The position numbers were made by a program, and so were the translations under genes. DNA of 55,620 bases, filler included, from Sphacelaria rigidula (Eukaryota): NCBI GenBank assembly GCA_964200075.2. It is 5 parts of 5 records of this genome, joined end to end, with 100 filler letters (N's around TTAATTAATTAA, not from the genome) between each part and the next. Parts side by side here need not be neighbours in the genome. Positions count along the whole stretch, not along the records: positions 33,435 to 44,477 come from CAXNAA020005483.1; positions 44,578 to 55,620 come from CAXNAA020005484.1; 3 more parts are not named here. One strand, 5' to 3'. The notes beneath the pieces are model-generated. The model had not been told where the DNA came from. It did no database searches and was given only the letters and a program-made list of their open reading frames with translations. Positions 37,435-49,600 of the stretch are shown here, piece after piece. Position 1 is the stretch's first letter. Every line of letters starts with the position of its first letter.

Positions 37435-40400
37435 ACAGGTGTAACAGTACGCAGTATACATGAAGTGAAGACGGCTATACAGACTGTTGTGATCTTCAAG
37501 CGTGATAAGCGCATCTCACCATGTACGATTCCGCACGTGGCCCGGTATTCTCTTACTTTGTACGTTGGAGGCTTTACTCACTCGGTATGTTATTAGGTTG
37601 ATGCCTCTAGGATGGTCGTCCTGTGCCGCGAGGTTTTCCTCGGAGGCCATCTGTGTAGAACAACCGTTCTACTTGCTTGCCGAGGCCAAGTCGCTCTTTT
37701 CACAGTACCGTACAAAACAAGGTCGAACCGTCGCGTGCACTACAAGTGGAAAACGGAACGCAGACTCTAGGTTTGCCTACAGTTGTGCACGAAACAAGAC
37801 GAAAATGTGACCAGAGTCTGACAAACATAGTCGCGATCCTGTACTGAGCTCGTCTTTGAGACATTCTACCCAACGCCGCGGTATTTTTCATGCTCACTTT
37901 TCCCCAACATTCACACCCGTCCACGCGATTAGTACTGAAAAACGTGTGTAATGCCCCCGCACCCGTCCGTGCCCGAGCTTCCTGTGTAGATTTATGTAGG
38001 AAATTGTATACCCCCGCCGCGCACACCCCCACGTCTGAAGATTCGCATCTATACGCAGTAATATTTCGCGTCGGGGAAGGACGAGCATACGCGTGTAGTG
38101 TTGCGAAGCTGAAAGGTGAGACGTGGCTCTGCCGGAAAAAATACAATGGGCTTGAACGCTGGGTTGGCTACTTTTTCTTCACACGGGGGGTCGAGTTCGG
38201 GGCCTGGGTCGGGCACTATTTTCCCTGTTGGTGATGTGGTGGAACAACCCATTTTTTCCATACCGGGAGTCGATTTTGTTTTCGTCAGGTGACACGAGAA
38301 AATCAGTAAACAAAGACCTCCGCCGAGACGCGAACTCGGGTCCAGATTTGCTTTGGCGCAGTGGGCGAGGTTAGCTGCGTTGATCACACGTTCGAGGGCT
38401 GCAAACACACAGTGGCGGTCGGTGGTCGTCACGAATTTGTGCTCGTGTCCGGCCAATTTTGCCGGTGTTGCCACATGGGATGTGCTCGCGAACGTGGTAG
38501 TTCATGCGGGACATTGTCAGGGACTGTGAGGCTCTGATGTGGCATGAAGGTATGGGGCGGAAGTACCAAACCTGGGCTGGTGAGTGCCCAGCAAAAGACT
38601 GCGCAGAATTCCGACCGGCCCTGGTTTGAAATGGCCCGTTGTCATTTCAATTTGGAGAGTCGAACTTTGAGGTTTGGCTTGTAGAATGAATTGGACATGA
38701 AGAAAGAAACACACCGGGACATTAAACGTCATTTTCAATGCGTTCCGAAGCCATGATACTCAATGTCCAGTTTCCGGTGAAACGTTCGTCCTCTCTCGGA
38801 AACGAACACAAAATATCTATATCCCGGCAATTTTTCGTCACTATTCCCTATATATTCTCCATACCAAATTTGAAAATCTAACTCTTGAGCGTCAGGTTAG
38901 AATGAGCCTGCAACCTACATATCCCCTTCTAGGCTGGCCCAGCCCGTATCTCAACCTTCAGTCGGGGTCTAGGCCCCGCGCTGTGATGTAAGAGCGTAAT
39001 AGATTATTCTCGAATGTTTTGGAAAGGGCACGGTAGCTAGAAGGGAGTTTACTGACTCGCGTACAGACGGGTTCGGGGTGAACCACCGGAATTCACTCCC
39101 CCGGGAACCTTGACGCCATTTTTTTCGATTTGAAGCTTCAAATACTTCACATGGGTGCTTCAAGATATCTAGAAGGGCTGTATTGGTTGGCTCTTTCGAT
39201 TGTTCTCATTCATCAGTTTTTCTAGGTACCAGGAGGCGGTGTCACACCCGGGATCACCGATATCTGGCGAAAAGAACATCGGAGACCCCGTCGATACAAG
39301 CCTTCCAAACATCTGAGGGAGGACCCGTGGGGGGAATGTTAGGGTTTGACTCGGAAAAACGACGTAAGTGATTCCCAGCATGTGCTATGAGAAAAAACAA
39401 ACGTACGGGGAATCATCCGAGGTTTTTGATAGTACGGACGTTTGCTTGAGCGCTCAAGCCTGAATCGACGGTTTGAGATCAGCTTTTCGAGTTACGCAAC
39501 GAAACGCTGTACAGCAGTTTCTTGGACTACCTCAGGACGCGTAATGTTCTAATAACTGATTTTCAAGTAACCTGTGCCGGCTTCTAGGCGTCTTCACGCT
39601 GGACCCCCTGACGCTGGTAGGGAGCGAATAAACGTTGCAGTATATTGCAACAGTTTTTTGTTGCATTTGTAGCACCCATATCCACCGAATTGCAGAGTCG
39701 AAGGATGGTTGGGGCTTCTCTACGGAAGTTACAAACGGAAACGTTGAGAGGCTTGCTGGGTCTTCGGTGCATTTTTTCACGGAAATCCGACGACACAAAT
39801 TTCCACATTACTGAAATACCGCGTCTGCGGGTACAAACCGATCCCACACAAACTGTTTTAAGCTTCTGGATTTTTGCGTTAGACTCACTAGTTGATGGTA
39901 GTTACTGAGATCTAATTTGTGATGGAAATGGGTACAAATTGTGTCGTGAAATTATATTTTTAGCTTCAGGACAATTTGAAAGTCACTAATTGGCGGAGAA
40001 AAAGTTGTGCTATCAGCGCCAGGGTAAGGGAGTCAAGAAAAAATATGTTTTTACGGGGTCAGTTTCACGTTCTCTACCTGGCGTAAAATGAATCATGGGC
40101 ATTCACGCCTAACCAACCTGTACCGGTACACCAACGCTCTGGTGATTTTAGCCGAAATATCATCCCGTACCGAACATACACGCAACCTACATACGACAGC
40201 CTTGGAGGTTTGTCCCTATTGAATTGTTCTCAGGGGAATCCTAGGGGCACGGAAAAACATCGAAACGAAATATGAACCCTACAAAGCGCAAAAGCCAACA
40301 AGTATCGAAGCATGATTTCGAAATGTATCAAGTTGTGTCCTGCAGGGTACGTTATGTTTTTGTGTATCTTGAGGTATTTATCCGGGTATTGCTTGTACCC

Positions 40401-40785
40401 GACAGCTTCTCTGAGTCTGTGAGCTTCCCATACCCGTATCCGACAGTTGCATAAGTGCTGTATGCCTCCCATACCGGTACCCGATAGTTGTCCACGATCT
40501 ATACGAAATGTTTACTCCCACCTGACGCACGGGAATACCCTCGTAGATACGCTTGGTTGCGCGTTCGAGGTGTGGTACATCCATGCCATACCCGACAGGG
40601 TTTGTCGATTCTTCAAGGCTTTCACGCCAGTACCCAATAGTTCCTCACAATCTGGAAGACCCCAGCATTCTATGAGTGCTGTAAGGTATATCATACCCCA
40701 CCTAACCTACCCGTATCCTACAGGACATGACTGTGGAATGGTGTGCGATCCTATCAATGTTCAGCCTTCTCATGCGTAAAACGAA

Positions 40786-42717
40786 TTGGCTCAAGCCCGA
40801 GTATCGTGCTCGACGGTGTTCACCTACGATCCTGTTCATCGCCCTTCCTACTCTCTCAAAACAGGTAGCGACTTGTGCCTGGATGCATTCACCATCGTGC
40901 TCAACGAGGCTCTATCAGAGCGAGGGTCGTACCTGCCCACTAAGAACCTGCAGCTGGCGTCACTGAAGTTCTGCATAGCCTGCCGCGGTGTCAGCACACT
41001 ACGCGTGACAGTTGATGGGGACACACCGCGAAGGCTGTTGGCGGCTTCTGTAGGGCATTTGTCGACTCCAATGAAGAGCAGTTCTGATCAGATCAGACTG
41101 CCTTTGCTGCGAGCACGCGGACTTGTGTGGACGGCGTATGCAGATATCGAGCTCATGTCTCGGGACACGAAATTCTTGGCGAGTGTGGAAGAGGTGCAAT
41201 TTGACAGCGAATTCAACGCTACTCTCGACAATGTAATTTGGCCAACGCGGCTTAGACGGATTTCGTTCGGCGGTGCCCCGTTTGAACAAAATAAGTTCAA
41301 TCAATCGATCATGAATGTAGCCTGGCCTGCCTCGCTGCAGGAGTTGGTGTTTGGGGGCAGTTTCAACCAACCGATCGAAGATGTGGCGTGGCCTGCCTCG
41401 CTGCAGCAGTTGGCGTTCGGAAGGGGATTTAACCAGCCGATTGAGCGTGTGGCATGGCCCGCCTCGCTGCAGCGGTTGGCGTTCGGGTACAAATTCAACC
41501 AGCCGGTCGAGGGTATGGCATGGCCTGCGTCGCGGCAGCAGTTAACGTTGGGGGGATCCTTCGACCAGCCAATCGAGCGTGTGGTATGGCCTGCATCGCT
41601 GCAGGAGTTGGTGTTCCGGGGCAGTTTCAACCAACCGATCGAAGATATGGCGTGGCCTGCCTCACTGCAGGAGTTGGTGTTTCGGGGCAGTCTCAACCAA
41701 CCGATCGAGCGGGTGGCATGGCCTGCCTCGCTGCAACGGTTGGTGTTCCATGGTAACTTCAACCAGCCGATCGAGCGTGTGGCATGGCCTGCATCGCTGC
41801 AGCGGTTGGTGTTCAAGGGTAACTTCAATCAACCGATCGAGCGTGTGACATGGTCTGCCTCGCTGCAGGAGTTGGTGTTCCGGGGCAGTCTCAACCAACC
41901 GATCGAGCGGGTGGCATGGCCTGCCTCGCTGCAGCGGTTGGTGTTCGATGGTAACTTCAACCAGCCGATCGAGCGTGTGGCATGGCCTGCATCGCTGCAG
42001 CGGTTGGTGTTCAAGGGTGACTTCAACCAGCCGATCGAGCGTGTGACATGGTCTGCCTCGCTGCAGGAGTTGGTGTTCCGGGGCAGTCTCAACCAACCGA
42101 TCGAGCGTGTGGCATGGCCTGCCGCGCTGCAGCAGCTGTCATTTCGAGGATCCTTCAATCAACCGATCGAGCGGGTGGCATGGCCTGCCTCGCTGCTGAA
42201 GTTGAGTTTTGGGGACACGTTCAACCAGCCGATCGAGCGTGTGGGATGGCCTGCCTCGCTGCAAGAGTTGATTTTCGGTTCGACCATACACAAAGCCAGC
42301 AGGGGCGTCGTATGGTCCGCTTTTCTGCAGCAGGGCAGGTTCGGGCACACCCCTCAGGAACCCGTACACAACTCGTTCAGGCGTGTGCAGTCGAGGTTCC
42401 CAGGCGGTTTCAACCAGCCGATTGGGGATATGGCACGGCCTCCCTCGCTGCAGCAGTTAACACCTGGGAGCCTCTTTGACCAGCCGATTGAGCGTGTGGC
42501 ATGGCCTTCCTCGTTGAAGCAATTGACGTTCGGGGACAACTTCAATCAACCGATTGAGGATATAGTGTGGCCTGTCTCGCTGCAGGAGTTGGCTTTCGGG
42601 AGCAACTTCAATCAACCAATCGAGGGGGTTGCATGGCCTGCCCCACTGAAGCATTTGAGATTTGGGAGGGTATTTATCCACCCGATCCAGGATGTGAGAA
42701 AGGCTGGCACGCTATAG
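40786..42717 (+). CDS. FNIP-repeat (LRR-like, 22-aa) protein with ~21 repeats; intronless; possibly a young pseudogene
   Basis: 643-codon open frame with consensus FNQPIERVAWPASLQxLxFxGx from 41296 (66-bp period). An in-frame ATG at 40738 is followed by TAA at 40777; the next ATG is 41071. A decayed repeat (LQQLTFG) lies just past the stop. Confidence 0.9.
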   Translation: MAQARVSCSTVFTYDPVHRPSYSLKTGSDLCLDAFTIVLNEALSERGSYLPTKNLQLASLKFCIACRGVSTLRVTVDGDTPRRLLAASVGHLSTPMKSSSDQIRLPLLRARGLVWTAYADIELMSRDTKFLASVEEVQFDSEFNATLDNVIWPTRLRRISFGGAPFEQNKFNQSIMNVAWPASLQELVFGGSFNQPIEDVAWPASLQQLAFGRGFNQPIERVAWPASLQRLAFGYKFNQPVEGMAWPASRQQLTLGGSFDQPIERVVWPASLQELVFRGSFNQPIEDMAWPASLQELVFRGSLNQPIERVAWPASLQRLVFHGNFNQPIERVAWPASLQRLVFKGNFNQPIERVTWSASLQELVFRGSLNQPIERVAWPASLQRLVFDGNFNQPIERVAWPASLQRLVFKGDFNQPIERVTWSASLQELVFRGSLNQPIERVAWPAALQQLSFRGSFNQPIERVAWPASLLKLSFGDTFNQPIERVGWPASLQELIFGSTIHKASRGVVWSAFLQQGRFGHTPQEPVHNSFRRVQSRFPGGFNQPIGDMARPPSLQQLTPGSLFDQPIERVAWPSSLKQLTFGDNFNQPIEDIVWPVSLQELAFGSNFNQPIEGVAWPAPLKHLRFGRVFIHPIQDVRKAGTL

Positions 42718-44335
42718 ACTTGGCGTTGGTGAAAAAATTTGCGTTCGCCGCCTGACTGCAGCAATTGACGTTTGGGGTACAAGCGAAATCAGCTGACGTA
42801 CCGATTCACGTCTTTCCGCGTCTGACCTGGCCCCCTGGGAAAATGCTTTATGGAGACCAATTCCGCATTTTGCAGGACCCCAGTCGAATCGGGGCGACTC
42901 AGATCCGCGAAAATCAGATCCGTGTGTACCCCATTATGGCTCCACAGGTTTGTTAAAATAGTTCTGTACACGGAGCGTCATTTTCTGTAGCGGTGTGGTA
43001 TCACAGTACAGTAAAGTCGATGAGCAAGCAGGCAGTGGATCATCGATTCATCATCCTTCAAGAGCAGCGTCGTACCGTGGTACCCCAGGGTATAGTGCAG
43101 TGCAGTGCGCTCCACCATCACAGTACACGATAGTGCCGTGTAGTAATACATGGTGATACAGTTGGTATTGCACGAACAGTGTGCCACAAGAGTTCACGAC
43201 TGCGGTGCCATTCGTCACCCTGCGAGTACAGCGACAGCAGAGAGTAGGATAGTACGGAGTCGTTCGTTGTGAAGATGCATGCAAGAGCGCAGTGCAGCAG
43301 CACATACATTTCAATCGCCGTAGGGTACGTGGTCAGCACTTTCTATCCGCTTGTCAAATCCTGTGCGAAGCAGGTCCAGCAGCTGGCGCTGGCAGGAACG
43401 ATCTGTTCTGTCACGAGACTGTCTGTTCCTACGGTTGCAAAAGTATCAAACGTCTGTTTCCCCATACATCACTCCCTACAGATTCGGGAGGCCTCGAGGT
43501 TGCCCTGATCTGCGCTTAGATTCGGGAAATACCGTTCTTAAATCATAACATACGAATCTGCCGCGAGAAGGCATTTCTAGATGTTAGTTCCCCCGATCTG
43601 CGTGCGGATCAAGTTTTGTGACTTGTCATGGAAACATCGCCCAACAGATGTTTGAGTTGCAACTGGAGTGCGGCGTAACCTGCATGGATTTTTGGGCGTT
43701 GATGCAGGCATAGGGATGTTGTATACGGTGCGTGATTGTTCGTCATGGGACCGGAAGGCTATCCGGATGTATACCCATGTTCGCGTATTTGTTTAAAGCT
43801 CCATGTTTGCTTTCTAGGTGCGTATTGCACAGGCAGCTAGAGCATGAAGATGGGAGAAGGGAAATATCTGCGTACTCGGACTGATCAACAGCTGCTCATC
43901 CAGAGAATACCGGCGAGTGACACAATTGATAATCGATGATGGTGCCTCTCCATGTTTCATACCGGGACTCCGGCAAGAAGCTAGCGGTTAAGGGTACGGT
44001 CAATTTCTACTTTTTGAAGGTACATGTTCAGCTCTCTCCCACGCAGCAGGCTTTGCCACGGCGGCTGTGGTATTTCATGCATGTTAGGTAACTTATCGGT
44101 AGTGGTATTCGCCGCCCTGAAATGCAGAAGTCAGTTCGCGCATCAGGAAGCGGCAGGGTCGAGTGCCTCGTGCTGAAGAGAGCGTGGAACATACGACTGG
44201 ATACGATGTGTTCGTGAAATGGAGAGTTCAGCGGTGATTGAGTTTCATTATTCCTTCTAGCTTCGCCTTTTTTCGGGTGTTTCTCTTTTCCTGTGAATCT
44301 ATCGTGTCCTTATAGCTATACGTCGGAGAAAATTA

Positions 44336-44390
44336 TACGATAGGGGTGTACGGTTTGCGTAAAACCTTGTCTGGTTCAGGGGCTCCCCAC
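44336..44390 (-). mobile_element. Fragment of the 46385-46631 MITE family
   Basis: TACGATAGGGGTGTAC..TTGTCTGGTTCAGGGGCTCC is the reverse complement of the right arm at 46577-46628. Confidence 0.6.
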
Positions 44391-44440
44391 GATTTCAGAT
44401 GCACAAGAATATGGTTGGGGGAATCCCCTGTTTCAGATTC

Positions 44441-44477
44441 GAGTCATCCTACGATAGCGGGGGGGGTATTTTGGGCC
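44441..44477 (+). mobile_element. Left end of GAGTCATCCTACGATAG-family MITE, cut by the contig end
   Basis: GAGTCATCCTACGATAGCGGGGGGGGTATTTTGGGCC. Confidence 0.8.
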
Positions 44478-44577
44478 NNNNNNNNNNNNNNNNNNNNNNN
44501 NNNNNNNNNNNNNNNNNNNNNTTAATTAATTAANNNNNNNNNNNNNNNNNNNNNNNNNNNNNNNNNNNNNNNNNNNN
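44478..44577. other. Artificial contig spacer
   Basis: N44-TTAATTAATTAA-N44. Confidence 0.98.
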
Positions 44578-45454
44578 TTTTATCTTCCCCACGAACACCA
44601 ACCACCCTCCCTCCCCCACACACACACAAATCAAAGTTCACGTGAAGCGGCGAATAGGACCTGTCGAGAAGACTAGTAAATTTACCTTAACATAAAATAG
44701 CAGTGTCGTTTGATTTATGGGTATGAGTGGTACGCTGCTATACGAAAAAGGGCATACTACTGTATATGCACGTTTCAAATATACGAAGTACTACCTATAC
44801 CTGAATTAGTACGATTGAATGCCGTATTTTCCGGTTGTCGTACACGGTGCATCATTGAATATCATCGCGCACTCTCTGTCCTACATCTTGTGCTATATGC
44901 CGCTGCCTAACTGCCGTATAGACAAGACATATACCATGCAACCTGCTGACTCGGATATCCATCACAATCTGGCACAATTAGGGTACGTTGCACGCAGCTC
45001 GTCACCACACTCGAAATTACAAGTCACGAAATCACATACATGATGTCTTCACTCCTCGCCTGTCCCATATCGAGGAACTCGTGTCCAAGGACAACGACAA
45101 ACGAAAGACTGACATTCGATCGATGAATGACTATTGAATTGATTGTCTCGCATGAACCGATCCCGCTTCGCATCCAGCCGAGGTTGCAAGATGGGTACAA
45201 CCCAGGAAACAAAGGGCGAAATAGGAAACACACAAAGGGGTAGATATTGGCGAAAATACTGAGGTAGACAAGAAGAGTCATGAAGCCAGAGAAATTACAA
45301 AACCAAAACAAACAAGAAGCCAAGGTATACTGCTGTGCTGCTGTGCTACGTGCTGTGCGCTGTACGCCGTGCGCTGTGTACTACAGACTACAGACACTGT
45401 AGATTAGAGCACGTTGTACGTGTTAATGTTTTGTGTCGTGTGCTTTCATGAGTA

Positions 45455-45807
45455 CACACGCGGTCATTTGGCCACCCCCAAAATTCCTCCAGGTCGGTCA
45501 ACGTTTCGAGCCGCCGGAGGAATTAAGCGCCTCCGGGGGAGTGCGTGGCCCTCCAGAGGAGACTTTTTGGTTACCTCTTGAGGAATAAAAACGCCTCCGA
45601 AGGCTTGTTTTGCCTCTGGAGGGCCGCGCATCTCTCCAAAGACATTTTACTACCCCCAAATTCCTCCGGAGGGGTGCGCGGCCCTCCAGGTCGGTAGAGT
45701 TTGGTTTCCTCCAGAAGGATTGAAGGCCTCCGGAGGCTTGTTTTGCCTCTGGGGGGCCGCGCATCCCTCCGGGGGCATTTTGGGGGGTAGCCAAATGGCC
45801 GCGTGTG
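45455..45807. mobile_element. 353-bp MITE with ~30-bp TIRs and internal sub-repeats
   Basis: CACACGCGGTCATTTGGCCACCCCCAAAAT vs reverse complement CACACGCGGCCATTTGGCTACCCCCCAAAAT. Internal CCTCCGGAGG-type palindromes and a duplicated GGCTTGTTTTGCCTCTGG. Confidence 0.8.
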
Positions 45808-45967
45808 AACGTATTTCAGACCTGCGATCCGTCAGACTGGCAGTTTCAGTGGCTGGTTCCAGAGCGTACACGTATTCCAGACCCGCGGTTGATGATAGCA
45901 GTGTTTTCGCCCAAACTATCAGAGCAGGCCCGCTTTTAGACCCTTTTCCCACCCCAACGGTGAAAAC

Positions 45968-46118
45968 TTATGCTCGACTATGCTCCTAATATGGTGCTCG
46001 ATCATGCTATTTGCTGAAACGCTATGCTATTTATGCTACTTGCTGAAACACTATGCTGTTTATGCAATCAAAATGAAATTATGCCAGAAATTCTGTTAGC
46101 ATAATCATTAAAAGCCTA
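45968..46118. repeat. TATGCT-rich repeat segment, probably the subterminal region of a non-autonomous transposon
   Basis: Several TATGC(T) motifs and a duplicated TTGCTGAAAC.CTATGCT, ending in GCATAATCATTAAAAGCCTA. Confidence 0.45.
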
Positions 46119-46384
46119 CCCAGCACATTGCTCTTGCCTCGTTCTCATCTTAAGGTATAACCCAGTCAAGACCGGGGGGTTCCCACGTCATTTTGCGCGG
46201 ACCGTATTTTTGTTGCGGATGAAAGGAGGTTGTTTCGAATTCCTATCGCACAACTACAATTAGCTTTGTACGGCAACACCCACTGCCGTTCCGGCAAACT
46301 ACGCTACGGCCAGACACGGATAATGAGACACCGCATATATTCTGTGCGGCTCCCATTGATTACATGGGAATAAAGTCCCGAGTG

Positions 46385-46631
46385 ATGCTACGGTAGGGGT
46401 ACACAAATATTTTCTAAGGTTTGAATTGTTAGGGGCCCTTTGTCTCGTTCAAAACAAGACCCATGGAAATATGCGAAAGTACGCCAGGATCACTGTTCCA
46501 ATGTGCTGGGGATATCCCGAAATAATCTGCAAACGGGGATGCCCTGACCCATATTCTTGTGCGTTTAGAATCGTTAGGAGCCCCTGAACCAGACAAAATT
46601 TCGCGAAACAAGTGCACCCCTACCGTAGCAT
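46385..46631. mobile_element. MITE with TIR (ATGC)TACGGTAGGGGTRCAC
   Basis: ATGCTACGGTAGGGGTACAC ... GTGCACCCCTACCGTAGCAT (19/20 inverted match). Confidence 0.8.
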
Positions 46632-49600
46632 TGCTCGTGCTCGTCCCGGCAAAACAACATTGAGAGTTGTGTTTTTCTTCTTTCTTGCCTTTTGAATCCC
46701 TTCCCTCCGTCGGGACAAGTCCGTGGTATCACGGGAAGAATCGATCTCTCCCGGGCACACCCCTTGCATTTTGGTCTCGCCGATTGGGTCATGACTATCA
46801 GCACTCCCGCACCGCGTCCGCGCTCGTCAAACTCAGTCAACTACTTTTTTGTTTACTCACGCACTCACGCCCTCGACGGTGGAAATGAGATACTCCAAAG
46901 AGAAATCCCACCGCATCGGGAATCGACCCGACTAGGTATATTTCGCCGCGAATAGCAACCCTCTACGAGCTGGGCCAGCCAACAAGGGGTGGTTTTCTCG
47001 CTTAGGCGAAGCACGGCGCGATATTGAGAGTTGGACGCTGAAATTTTGACAGCAGCTTTTTATGATCAACACGCAGAACATCACGTGAGCAGCGAAAAGA
47101 AGAAGAAAATAAACAGGTAGTTATGGGAATTTGAATTTTCAGCAAAACCAAGATATTGTCATAAGGGACGTATCATTTCCTTGGGTGGAGAAGGTCTTCG
47201 TAAAATTTCAGCTCAAAAGTCGTCGATTTGGGCCGTGCGTGGAACGTTTTGCGTAACGCTGCTGCACCCCACTAATACCCAGTGCGGGGTCATTGCTGAC
47301 GTGAACACACCGCAAAAAGGAAGAAAGCACTCCGACGCGCTATCGACCAACGATATGAGGCGCACCCCGTACTCTATGCAGTATAATGACGTCATCGACA
47401 ATACGACGCTAATCGAACAGCGACGCAGCCTTTTGTCATCATGTGGGTCTGCAGTTCACAGTGATATGCTTACATCGGGTCCATTCGAAAAAATGGGAAG
47501 CTGTGGTGTGAGGAACTTTTAGCCGCTTTTGAGGAGGCTCAGCTCGTCGTAAAGTAAGTACCCGCAATTGCAGCTGAAGCCCCATAGTGTGATGTGGGTA
47601 AGGCTGTCACCCTTTCTGCCCAAAATACAGATGACTGATATCTTTCCAGTCACAAAGCCTTGGCTGCTGGCAGCATTGCGTTGTGTATGCTCTGGGGGTG
47701 TTATCTAACAAAGCTTATTAAATGCAGGTCCAGAGTTATATCAACTTATGATACACTCAAGGCTAACACTTACTCTTGGGGACGTGACCGCCGGAAGCAA
47801 GGAGCAGCTGAACGTGTAGCCGGTGTGTCAAACCCTCGAAGATGCGTTTGATTAGCTTCTATCGTTATGCTCCAAACAACAAGCCGCCAGATCAAGTCAT
47901 GGAACGTGCATCCATCAGTCGACATGACACATGACACTTATGAATTAAGGGTCATCACGAATTCAATTGCTTCAAACTACAAGTGCGTAAAATAGTTTAG
48001 CGTTCAACCCGTATCAACCCACACCTTCCAACGCGATAGCGATCAGCGACGAACTCGTTTTGCAAACGTTACAGCTGGACGAACAGTTGAACCAGATGCT
48101 GCTCAATTATTCGCCTAAGATATATGTACATTGCTCGTACCCGCTGGTCATACTAGGAACAACAACTCAGCAACTGCAATCCTTATCAGATGGCACACCA
48201 GCGCTATGTATTTTCAAGCGACTAGAAGACTGAACTCATCATTCGGATGCCGTTGAGACTACTGTCCACATAATTACCAGATATCCTGCATGTACAGTTG
48301 TCCATCTTATATTATGGGTTGTGTGTAACATGTCTCCAGTCCTTCATGAAGAATCGTGTGTACGTCGTGTTTTTGGTGAATATAGGGGTTAGCACCTGAT
48401 GTCAAAGAAGCGCTAGCAATCAAGCGGGCCGCAAAAACATGCGGTGGGAGCCCACTAGTGGCATGTAAGAAACCGCTTCACACTCAACATGTTCACTAAG
48501 GTCTAGTTGTTGTGATGTTGTGGGGGGGGCTTCGGCTCGTAGAAAAGAATTTGCCAGACGTAGCCAGACCTCTGGACCTGAAAGTTGGTTCGCCTGTTGA
48601 GAATATGTTGCTAGAATCGGAGCAAGGACGCACACTGTTTTCGAGATATTAGCGGGGTGTCATCACGATTAAGAAGAACCGAAGCGATGTTGTGATAAAA
48701 CAATCACCAACGAGGTTGGTGATTGCTGCAGTGTGAAGACAGCATCGAACCCTACATTGAGAGTGTACGAACAGATCAGTACACGAAACCAGTTGCCTCA
48801 CGTAGTCTGAATCAGTGCTGCGGTTGATTCATCTACTCTAACAGGCCTTCATATCGTTTAGGGGTGGTTTTCTGTGCCAGCGTAAAATCTTCTGAAGTAA
48901 CAAAATAGGGGGGGCGGATGGGCGGGGAGGGGGGGCGCGTGCCGGCCTGGGAAATGTGCCACCCATTGCGGGAACATGCCTTACCCTGAATACCACACCC
49001 TGGACAATGAACTGCACTGTCAAAAAATGTACTGCGTACAGTATATACTATTCCATCTATTGTAATATGCGAAATATTCCATACTGCACGCAGTACACCT
49101 CTTGACAATGTATCTTTTGTCCACGGTGCGGAACATACTAATACTACAGTACAGTTCAATGTTGTCAGTAATGTGTGTGCTGGATGGACGCATTACGCCT
49201 GTACGATTGACGAAGCATTCCTTATGGGAACGGCGACGTTAACGCCATACATGAAAGGATGGGTCGTGCAAAAGATTTTCGAAACACACCTGCACAGTCC
49301 AGGGCAATACAGAAGTGTGGCAACAGCGATCGCAACAGGTATAGATTGGTGTGCGAACACAACACGGTTGGTGTACAATGACGAGCTACCTCATTGGTGA
49401 AGGCAAGGCTACATGCGCCGCGTGGTGTGCTTTATTTGATTTGTCACTAATACCGTAGGCAGTAAAACAAGAAGTACCCGTGGCCATCGTATCGAGGGAT
49501 CATGTGGCATATGTTACACACAGTAGAGTGTGTGCTATGGATGATCTCGTGAGATCTTACACATGTGCCCACCTGCCATATGCCGACAAGCGTTTATAAT

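Noticed and set aside
41296-42285. 66-bp periodic repeats as a CRISPR or DGR-type cassette
   Set aside because: The repeats are in-frame coding FNIP units, variation is not obviously adenine-specific, and there is no template repeat or RT in this contig.
41301-42681. Many antisense and alternative-frame ORFs over the FNIP gene
   Set aside because: These are shadows of the repetitive sense ORF.
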